From Macrostomum lignano (lineage: Eukaryota), in the NCBI GenBank assembly GCA_002269645.1, contig NIVC01002532.1:1-64000 (forward strand): 64,000 nt of DNA, in the 5' to 3' direction. Positions within the stretch are counted from its first letter, which is position 1, and each line of letters starts with the position of its first letter. The notes under the pieces were generated by a model. That model had not been told where the DNA came from. It saw only the letters and a program-made list of their open reading frames with translations, and searched no databases. A program made the translations under genes and the position numbers. Of the stretch, positions 13,265-23,700 are shown piece by piece.

Positions 13265-14742
13265 CAGTGGGAAGTGAACTTCAGTTGTCCCAAATCCTGC
13301 AGTCACTTTGAACTCTGGCCACGACACGACTGGCTTCGTGAGCTTCAGGCAGAAGTATTTCAGTGCGATGCATTATTATTCCAACTCTGCTCACTCGCCA
13401 GCAAGGACTGTTGCTCTGATTCAAGCTCACCAAACCCTATTGGCTGCTGATCGAACAAAAGATTCGGTTAGAAAAGACTGCGCATACTAGACTGCGCAGA
13501 CTGCGCATACAAGACTGCGCAGACTGCGCATTAAGGAGAGCTTACGAAAAACCTTTTACTACCCCCAGTGCAGTGTGCGATTTTTCTTAGTATAGAAAGA
13601 TTGGCGATCACGCTACGCTCGTGTAGACGGCCGCTGCCAGGCATAAGCGCTGAGCTCAGGCACAAAACAGTGTGGGATAGGAATTTCCCTTGCTCCTAAG
13701 TCCGGCGCTAAGTCATAAATGATATTTGCGAGCTGCGCATGCAGTATTGGAAAACGGCAGAGTCGTGCCAATCTACGCATTTTCCTAAGCTCATTGCATG
13801 TCGCGCAGTGCTCCAGAGGCTCCAGAGGTACACTGTAGAGAGGTTCAGAGTCAGAAGAGAAGCATACGGCAAAGCATTAGTGAAGCATTGGTGCCAGGGC
13901 AGCTGGTTACGCGCAATTGTTTAATCGTTGCAGCAGTCCGTACTGAGACGGTGCAAGCCAAACGGCAGTGACTGCAGCATAACTGAGCGGGAGAGTTGAA
14001 CGTTTCATTCCGCACAAGACCAGCTACCACTGCGAGATCGCCTCGTATTACTGCCGTATTGAGAATTACGAGTCGAAGTAAGAGATAAAAGGCAAATTGG
14101 GTACACAGAGATTCACGACTTGTTACACCGTCTCGAGCCTAGTGCATTTACATTGCAACTCACAAACTGAGAGACATCTTGCCGCGCCAAAACAAAATCT
14201 CATTCAAGTGCAATAAGCTACAACCTCACGGCGGGCAGGCCCTCACGCTATGAGTACAGTACTTACATTAAACTTATAGAATCAGTCAATAGAAACGCAT
14301 AAGATCGTTAGCTCATCAAGAGTGACGCAATCCAGTGGAGCCACAGTATTGTCAATCGTTCCTCTGCCCCCCTCCAAATTGAATTGGGAGGAGATGGGGA
14401 AAGCTAAGGCGAGAAAAATTCCTATTAAATGACTTCAGCAAAAGTGGACTGAAGCCGGAATAATGAAGTTCCGGGAATAAAATGCTCAAACGCCGCCAGT
14501 AGTTCCAGAAATGATTTTCTATTTTGACGCAAAGTCTTGATGTCCAATCTAAAACTCTTTGGTCATAAAGTCAGCAATTTCTGTACGCAAGCACCTAAAC
14601 CAATACTACAATGTGTTGTACCAGCTGCAAAGCTTTACCTGGCTTTAATTGATTTGGAATGCCAGAATGGCAAGATAAAGAGCAGAGGCGCAGCCATTAA
14701 ACTCCGCGTCAAGTCAGCCAAGTCTGGGATCTGACATCCGGC

Positions 14743-15879
14743 ATGGCTCTCTCAAGGCAGAAAATTCTGGCTCTCCTACTTACTGCCTGCTGCGTCGCCT
14801 TCTGGGCGCTATTGGAAGAGAGGCAGCCAGCAAAAAGGACTCAGAAGAGCTCGAAATTCAACAGCATCAGCTGCAGGTTGGACTCTACGCTTTGCGACGC
14901 TCTGGTGGAGAGCAGCAGCGGAGCAGCTCAGCATGTAAGGTGCCACAGCCACCTGGAGCTGCGCGAATTTGACTTTCGTCACCCTAAGTTCAGGAGCATC
15001 CTCTGCAAAGATAAAAAAGCATTTGTGAGAGCTGGAGGGAGCTACCCGCTGTGTCGGCTGCAACACCCGTTCAATATTCAGTTGCTGGACGTTGTCAGGA
15101 GAGGAAGTCTGGTCGCGAAACTCCTTGATTTGAGGAATGAGTTTATCCAAATGTTTGTGTATCCTGAGAACGACGCAATTTCTATGCAGATCATGACAAG
15201 CAAGAAGTGGGAGCCAGAAATTGTGCATACAACCATGAGACTGGCTCTGAAGGTGCCGAACGCGACCTTCCTGGACGCGGGTTGCAACATCGGTGTCTAC
15301 AGCCTGCTGGCCGCGAGACTCGGCCTGCCCGTCGTGTCGCTGGACGCGAACATCCGCAACCTGCTCCGACTGCGGCTGAGCCTCAACGCGGCGGCGCTCG
15401 ATGCGGCGCTCGTGTGGAACTTCATCGGATCCGGAGACCAGCTGAGCTTCCTCAACTTCCCTGACGACTGCAACGTCGGCGGAGCGACCAAGTTCGGCAG
15501 AGCCGTGATCGACTCGATCCCCGTGATGCCGGTAAGGAGCGAGCGGCTGTGCGGCCTCATCGGCACGAGGAACGTCGTCATCAAGCTGGACATCGAGGGC
15601 GGAGAGGCGGACTTCCTGAGGACGTCGGGCTGTCTGTTCAGCCAGTTCAGAGTGGCTGCAGTGCAGATGGAGTTTCTGAGGCAGCACATGGTCGGAACTG
15701 ACAGAGCAACGATAGTGGACTTCTTCGCCAGCAGAAACTACTCCGCCTGGCGGACTCCGGGCTTGTCAGCGCTGGATGTCAAAAATGCCGAACTATGGGA
15801 GGACTGCGATATATTGTGGATTCATAAGGACTTTGACCACCTTATTTACAGCGAAGGATTTACACTTTCCACTGGCTGA
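14743..15879 (+). CDS. FkbM-family SAM-dependent methyltransferase, copy B, single exon, 378 aa, type II membrane anchor
   Basis: Intact ORF. N-terminal KILALLLTACCVAFWALL anchor; FLDAGCNIG and IKLDIEGGE motifs; paralogous to copy A. Confidence 0.85.
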   Translation: MALSRQKILALLLTACCVAFWALLEERQPAKRTQKSSKFNSISCRLDSTLCDALVESSSGAAQHVRCHSHLELREFDFRHPKFRSILCKDKKAFVRAGGSYPLCRLQHPFNIQLLDVVRRGSLVAKLLDLRNEFIQMFVYPENDAISMQIMTSKKWEPEIVHTTMRLALKVPNATFLDAGCNIGVYSLLAARLGLPVVSLDANIRNLLRLRLSLNAAALDAALVWNFIGSGDQLSFLNFPDDCNVGGATKFGRAVIDSIPVMPVRSERLCGLIGTRNVVIKLDIEGGEADFLRTSGCLFSQFRVAAVQMEFLRQHMVGTDRATIVDFFASRNYSAWRTPGLSALDVKNAELWEDCDILWIHKDFDHLIYSEGFTLSTG

Positions 15880-16401
15880 TGCACCTTTGCTTTGTATTTC
15901 AAATTGAACATTTAACCTACAAGATTTGTCAGGCTTTCAAGGTAGCTCGTTACTGCTCCCATTGAGATCAATCTGATGAGATCAATAAATGGCAGCAGGA
16001 ATACAAAAAAACGAACATGAAAAACTAACCCCCTTTAAATCCATGCCAAGTATGACATTCAAGATCACACCGCCAATAAAGAGACGCCACCTAACTTTTC
16101 AATGACCACTTAGAAGCTGGACGAGACACAAAGTCTTACATTTTGAGACTGAACTTGCATCTCAAAGCTTTGACTCATTGCTAGTATTAATTACATATCA
16201 ATTGCTCATCCTGGATGTAACTCGCCCGCTCTGCGTCTGTATTGGCTCATTTTTCCTGCAATTTCCGGATTCCGTCTGCCCTGCTCGCCCTACGTACCCA
16301 AGCGAGCGATGCCGCCTTGAGACGGAAATTTTTTTATTGATTTTTCTCCCTAATTACTACGAGTGTCTACAATCATACGACTAAACGGCGTTGCCCTCTC
16401 T

Positions 16402-16762
16402 TTTTTTATTAGAGGCAGGGGGTTGTGTGCACCCTGGCGCACTTTAAGCGACATAGGCACACAACCGGCGAGAGGCATTACTGCCCATTCCGCCGACTCC
16501 CCTGAGCAGGCACACAAGCGCGCGGATACGTACGCAGGCACACACTCACACAGGAGTGTACAGCGGCCCTAACTTTATTTTATCGTTAGGCATGTACACT
16601 TCACTGCGCCTTGGGGGGTTGGCTCTCAAGGCCGTTAATTGCACGAGCAGAGCCAAGCCGAGATTCCAATTCAGCCCCAAATTAATGTGACTGCACTTGG
16701 AATCGAGCCTGGGTCGCTGGCACACCAGAGCAGCTGCGCTACCGCTGGGCTACGGCCCCCCT
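16402..16762 (-). mobile_element. tRNA-derived SINE with 14-bp target-site duplication
   Basis: Minus-strand head GGCCGTAGCCCAGCGGTAGCG...CCCAGGCTCGATTCC has Pol III A- and B-box-like motifs. A-rich tail at 16402-16411. TSD GCGTTGCCCTCTCT at 16388-16401 and 16763-16776. Second copy at 43575-43876. Confidence 0.8.
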
Positions 16763-17735
16763 GCGTTGCCCTCTCTGGTAAGGTACATAATAAAGTACAT
16801 TTACTACTCTTTTAAATAATAAGCGTTTTTGATTCGCATAAGAAATTCGAGAATTTATTCAAATTTAATTCTAATTGAGAATGGCTAAACTGGCTTCAGG
16901 TCAGGCCTGGCAATTGCTATATTTGTATGCTTTCTGATTGTGAAATAAAATATAAAGAAAGCCACTAAGCATTCCCATGGATATTTATTACTAAATACTA
17001 CACAAGCAACGCTACAGCTAAACAAAGCAGAGCGCTAGGGTGACAGGGAAAAATCTCGATGCCAATGAAACAGTCGAATTTCACTGGTGCATGCGACTCT
17101 AATTAGGTAACTACTGACATCTAAGAGCAAAATAGCTGTAAACAATCCTATATACTAAAAATGAAATGTCTGTAACTAACTAGCTATGCGATAGATTTCA
17201 GAAAAAATGGCTCAACCGATTTTCTTCAAACTTGCACCATTCGATCAGAAATTTTCCTGGGACGGTACATGCATCCTGGCTAAGAAATTGCTCAATTTTA
17301 AAGGGATTAAATATTCGAAAAACATGCTTTTTTGCAAAGGTCAAGCAGCTCTTTCGACCTGGAATGCATTGTAAGAATGCTAGAGAAAAAACTGACTGGC
17401 TCAATTCCGATTGTGATAAAGATTGCATCACAACAATTTGAAAACAGTGTCGATGAAATGCACACCCGACTTGATTAAAATTGCGTAACTATATTGCTAA
17501 CTTAAATTGAGACTGATACTGGCTGACTGAGAAATTGATTATGTCATAACTTTCTACTCCAATTGACTTGCTGTAAGAATTGAATTATAAGGGCCACAAT
17601 TCATGTTCTCCAAATGAAAAGAGATAGCCCAGATGCGAACAGACTGGGATGCTAATGTAGTGACCTGGGTTCGAATCTTAGTAGTGCAAAAATATTTTTT
17701 TATTAAAACATTAAAAACACAAAACTGCTAAACAT

Positions 17736-19995
17736 AAAAGAACCACAATGTCAAACATAGAAGAGCCACCATGTTGAACATTAAAGAGCCACCATGTCGA
17801 AAATTAAAGAGCCACCATGTCAAGCATAAAAGAGCCACCATGTTGAACATTAAAGAGCCAACATGTCAAACATTAAAGAGCCACCATGTAAAGCATATAT
17901 GTGACTCCATGTCAAACATATACGTGACTCCATGTCAAACAAAAAAGAGCCACGATGTAAAACATATACTTATGACTCTTTGTCGAACATAAAGAGCCAC
18001 CATGTAAAGCATATACGTGACTCCATGTCAAACACATACGTGACTCCATGTCAAACATTAAAGAGCCACCAAGAAAAAAATTAAAAGCCACTATGTCAAA
18101 CATTAAAGAGCCACCATGTCAAACATTAAAGAGCCACCATATCGAACACTAAAGAGCCACCATGTCAAACATATAAGTGACTCCATGTCAAATATATACG
18201 TGACTCCATGTCACACATAAAAGAGCCACCATGTAAAACATATACATATGACTCCATAACAAACATTAAACAGCCACCATGTCGAACATTAAAGAGCCAC
18301 CATGTCAAACATAAAAGAGCCACCATGTCAAACACTAAAAAGCCACCATGTCAAACAATAAAGAGCCACCATGTCAAACATATACGTGACTACATGTCAA
18401 ACATATACGTGACTCCATGTCAAACATAAAAGAGCCACCATGTAAAACATATACTTATGACTCTTTGTCGAACATAAAGAGCCACCATGTAAAGCATTTA
18501 CGTGACTCCAGGCCAAATATATACATGACTCCATGCCAAACACATACATGACTCCATGTCAAACATTAAAGAGCCACCATGTCACACATTAAAGAGCCAA
18601 CATGTCAAACATTAAAGAGCCACCATGTAAAGCATATATGTGACTCCATGCCAAATATATACATGACTCCATGTCTAACACATACGTGACTCCATGTCAA
18701 ACATTAAAGAGCCACCATGTCGAACGTTAAAGAGCCACCATGTCGAACATTAAAGAGCCACAATGTAGAACATTAAAGAGCCACAATGTAGAACATTAAA
18801 GAGCCACCATGTCGAACGTTAAAGAGCCACCATGTCGAACATTAAAGAGCCACAATGTAGAACATTAAAGAGCCACCATGTCGAACATTAAAGAGTCACA
18901 ATATTTAGAACATTAAAGAGCCACAATGTCAAACATTAAAGAGCCACCATGTCAAACATTAAAGAGCCACCATGTCAAACATTAAAGAGCCACCATGTCA
19001 AACATATATGTGACTCCATGTCAAATATATACGTGACTCCATGTCACACATAAAAGAGCCACCATGTAAAACATATACATATGACTCAATAACAAACATT
19101 AAACAGCCACCATGTCGAACATTAAAGAGCCATCATGTCAAACATTAAAGAGCCACTATGTCAAACATTAAAGAGCCACTATGTCAAACATTAAAGAGCC
19201 ACCATGTAAAGCATATATGTGACTCCATGCCAAATATATACATGACTCCATGTCTAACACATACGTGACTCCATGTCAAACATTAAAGAGCCACCCTGTC
19301 GAACGTTAAAGAGCCACCATATCGAACATTAAAGAGCCACAATTTAGAACAATAAAGAGCCACCATGTCGAACATTAAAGAGCCACCATGTCTAACATTA
19401 AAGAGCCACCATGTCGATTATTAAAGAGCCATCATGTCAAACAATAAAGAGCCACCATGTTGAACATTAAAGAGCCACCATGTCAAATATTAAAGAGCCA
19501 CAATGTAGAACATTAAAGAACCACCATGTAGAACATTAAAAAGCCACCATGTCAAACATTAAGGAGCAAAAATGTAGAAAATTAAAGAGCCACAATGTAG
19601 AACATTAAACAGCCACAATGTCGAGCATTAAAGAGCCACCATGTCGAACATTAAAAAGCCACCATGTCAAACATTAGAGAGCCACCATGTTGAACATTAA
19701 AGAGCCACCATGTCAAACATTAAAGAGCCACCCTGTCGAACATTAAAGAGCCACCATGTCGAACATTAAAGAGCCACCATGTCGAACATTAAAGTACTGC
19801 CATGTCGAACGTTAAAGAGCCACCATGTCGAACATTAACGAGCCACGATGTCAAACATAAATGAGCTACCAAGTTAGACATAGAAGAGCCACCATGTGAA
19901 ACATATATGTGACTCCATGTCAAACATTAAAGAGCCACCGCTTCTAACATTACTGAGCCACCATGACAAACATAAAACTGGCACGATGTCATAAC
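17736..19995. repeat. 23-bp satellite (~95-100 units) with two interleaved variants
   Basis: Units TTAAAGAGCCACCATGTCAAACA and TATACGTGACTCCATGTCAAACA. Confidence 0.9.
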
Positions 19996-20096
19996 ACAGG
20001 AGAGACATTTTCAAACGTAATAAGAAGCGTCATGCCAATCATAAAGCAGCCACTAGAAAGCTAAGGAAATGTTGCACTATATACTTTTTGTCTGGT

Positions 20097-20285
20097 GGAT
20101 GCTTGCTATTTAAGGATAGATACTTGCTATCAATTGGATGCTTGCTATCTGGGGGTTCTTTCTATCTGGGGTGCTTGCTATATGAGGGATGCTTGCTATC
20201 TGGGGGTGCTTGCTATCTGGGGGTGCTTGCTATCTGAGGGTACTTGCTATCTGGGGGGGGGGGGAGGGGGATGCTTGCTGTCTTG
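20097..20285. repeat. Short degenerate minisatellite (TGCTTGCTATCTGGGGG)n
   Basis: Directly visible; lies downstream of the AGL stop codon. Confidence 0.75.
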
Positions 20286-20761
20286 GGATGTTTTATTTTT
20301 GCATTGTGCTTCATTTGAGCAGTTTTTCTGTTGTCTTTGTGAAGACTCTATTTGGCTGTCTTTTTGTTACTTGTAGAGAACAGAAGTTCTATCCAGATGT
20401 CCCCCATCGGGGGGCGAAGATTGCTAGTTCTTACTAAACTGGTTCTGACAGATCAAAATCGATTCATTTTATGGGCATAGCAAGTAAAATAGTTTGTTGG
20501 TTGGACAAAAACAAAATACCAACTAAAATGGTGCAGCTTTTGGGACTACGTGGCAAATCTGAGAGCTCCGTGACAGGTTTGATAAAAATTCTACATGGGG
20601 CTGCTCAGAGCAGGTGCTACTGAAATCAAAGGTATGTTCGCACATCCGGTGTTCTCTAAGATGAAGTTCATATTGAAAAAATTAATACTACAGCAGAGAG
20701 CAGCTCAGAGTCTGCATTCTCTTGGAGTCTCAATAATCCCAAAGTCTCATGGCCAGCGAGC

Positions 20762-23700
20762 TCACAGCTTCAGGTTGCGCAGGTCGCAGGCTGCCTCGAA
20801 CATTGTGGCCATGCTCCAGGCCTGGGCTTGGCAGCTGTGTGGGCAGGGCTGCAGTTCATTGGGGGGGGGGGGGTTGGAGTTGGTCATTGCACGAGATCGC
20901 CTACTAACAAGTAGTTAATAAAGCATCTTGAAGCGAATATCTTATAGCGAGTACAAAAAGGTCAAGACCAGCTTGGACGGTGAACTATGAAGGAATGAAA
21001 AACATTCGCAGGAGGGTTGTGAAAACCTTGGGCGACATCGTTGAGACAATTCAACAGACTCACACACGCGCGTATACGGGGTGTACAGGGTGACTTTCTA
21101 GACTGCCTGTGCCTCATCGGGTGTGAATCGCATGACGGCCGATCTCCCAGCCGACTTTTGTGCACAAGCTTCAAGTAAATGTGGCTGCGCACAAAATAGA
21201 ACCAACTCTGCCCCCCTACACACACTCTGCCCCCTACACATGCTCTGCCCGCCTAAACACACTCTGCCCCCTACACATGCTCTGCCCCCACTACACACAC
21301 TCTGCCCCCTTACACATGCTCTGCCCCCTTACACATGCTCTGCCCCTTACACACGCTCTGCCCCCCTACACACACTCTGCCCCTTACACATGCTCTGCCC
21401 CCTTACACATGCTCTGCCCCTTACACATGCTCTGCCCCCCTACACATGCTCTGCCCCCTTACACATGCTCTGCCCCTTACACATGCTCTGCCCCCCTACA
21501 CACACTCTGCCCCTTACACATGCTCTGCCCCCTTACACATGCTCTGCCCCTTACACATGCTCTGCCCCCTTACACATGGTCTGCCCCCTTACACATGGTC
21601 TGCCCCCTTACACATGCTCTGCCCCCCTACACACACTCTGCCCCTTACACATGCTCTGCCCCCCTACACACACTCTGCCCCTTACACATGCTCTGCCCCC
21701 TTACACATACACATGCTCTGCTCTCTGGATTCTTTACTTGCTACTCTCCAGTAGGCGGTTTTTCATACTGTTGTAGCTGCAGCGGTACTTTTGAGCAGTG
21801 ATTAGATGGAAGCTACAACTAATCAATATGAGCAGAAACAGCTGCTGAAGCCTCACCTCTCCATCCCGGTTGGTGAGCTCGGGCAGGCTGTGCCAGTCGG
21901 AGGCCTCCATGGCGGCCTGGCAGCGGGCCAGCACGGCCTGGACGTGACCGACCTGGCCGGAAGGCGGCTCCGAGAAAGCGAGCCGGGCGCGCAGGTAATA
22001 GCCCACCGGCCACAGCCACTCGGGCCCATTGTGATAGGAGAAGCCGCCGGCCACGCTGAAGTCGCCGGAGTCGTCCGAGTTGTCGTAGCGGCCGCGGTAG
22101 GCCGGGTCGGCGGGGTCGAGCGTCCGCATGCCGAGCGGGCCAAGCAGCCGGCGCTCCGTCAGCTCCAGGGCGGCGCGGGCTCGCTCGGCGCTGAACAAGA
22201 ATGGTGCCGTCACCATGGCAACTAGAAAGTTTGGCCGCAACTGCCGGCCTTCGGGGTCGTCGGCGGGATCCACGTCCGGCAGCCAGCGGTCGCGGTAGTG
22301 GCCGGACTCGGGCAGCCAGAAGCGCGGCTCGAACTGCTTGGCGAGGTCGGCGGCCCAGTCGGCCCAGGAGACGAGCCGGCCGCCGTGCTTGACGCCCTCG
22401 TACGGGTAGGCGGACCTGCGCAGGAGCGATAGGCAGAGCGGCACTCAGATAAAATGGACACGAAAACGGCACCAAGGCCAAGAAGCATCTCAGAGTCACT
22501 TGCGCCGCCCCAGAGTTGTTGCAGGTAACACAGGTAAAAAGGAAAGAAGTTACTCTAGACTACTCTCTAAAACGACGAGATGTTACGGTACATGTCGGCT
22601 GAAAGTCGTCTTTGCGATGCTTTTGCAACGAATCTTGAGGCCGTAGAGCCGTATCTGAGGCGTGCTGGAGTCGCTGTAGAATCTTTGAGCTGCGTCTAAA
22701 GCGCATCTGCATCAATTTTATATATTAGAAACGCACTTCACATCTATAAAAACTTGATTTAGGTTTTTTAATTTACGTTAACTTGCGGAGTATTAACAAT
22801 AGCCAGGACAACAGATACAGGAATTAACTAGATGGGCCACTCAGCACATTTGCGTGCAATAGGTGCATTATTTTGGGCAACTCCCAACGGCAGCTCAGAG
22901 CTGCCACCTTATTGCTGCAGGGTAAGTTGAAGCTCTGATTAATGAAGCATTGGCAGAGCAAATAATCAGAGCCTAACCTGGGAAATTTGGCCAGCCGGTC
23001 CACCACGGCAGCGCACAGTCCCGTCAGCTCAACAGCGCAGCCGTGACGGGGCGTGGCGGGCACGCCGCGGTTGCCGGCCCGCTCCGAGCCGCCCATTTTG
23101 TCCATCCAGGTGCCGCAGTTCCAGCGGTTGCCGCCAACTACGAAGGGCCAGCTGAGGCCGGCGGTGACGCGGAAGCCTTCGGGCCGCATGTGCGAGTCCA
23201 GCTGCGGCCCGGCGTTGCGCTCCACAAAGTCGATGCCGTCAGCGTGGCGCTGCAGGGCCTCCTGCATCACCTGGAGAGGCAGGTAGGAGCTTAGTTAGTT
23301 AACGCTGGCTATGACACTGCGTCAATTGACTTAGCGAGGAACCGAGGTACGCTTGCAGCTGCCTATGATGCTAGAAGATGCTCCATGTGTGCTCAGAAAG
23401 ACAGACAAGAACAGTTATTAGCAGGGCATTGTACTGTGCATCGCACAATGCACCAATGCATCTTGGAAACTCCGCAGAAGAGCGTAAATTGGCTCACAAC
23501 ACCAGCAGCTGCGCATTGGACTCTGTTGCTAACCAAAAAACAAAGCTTGCAAATTTTGCAGGAGAAAAGCTCACCTGGTGCAGCGGCTGCACGCAGTCAA
23601 ACACCGGCTGAGAATCGTCGGTTGGGAAGAGGCGCAGCACGGGATCGGCAAGGACGCTGGCACCGGACGGCGCCATGGCAACGAACTCGCAGACGCAGTG

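Noticed and set aside
13487-13532. Four AGACTGCGCA motifs in the FkbM bidirectional promoter (NRF1-like)
   Set aside because: Explained equally well by a small local duplication; no evidence of function.
11004-15689. Antisense ORFs of 316, 292 and 130 aa over the methyltransferases (similar shadow ORFs lie over AGL, AGO, arrestin and IDH3A)
   Set aside because: Shadow frames caused by high GC3 codon bias on the coding strand.
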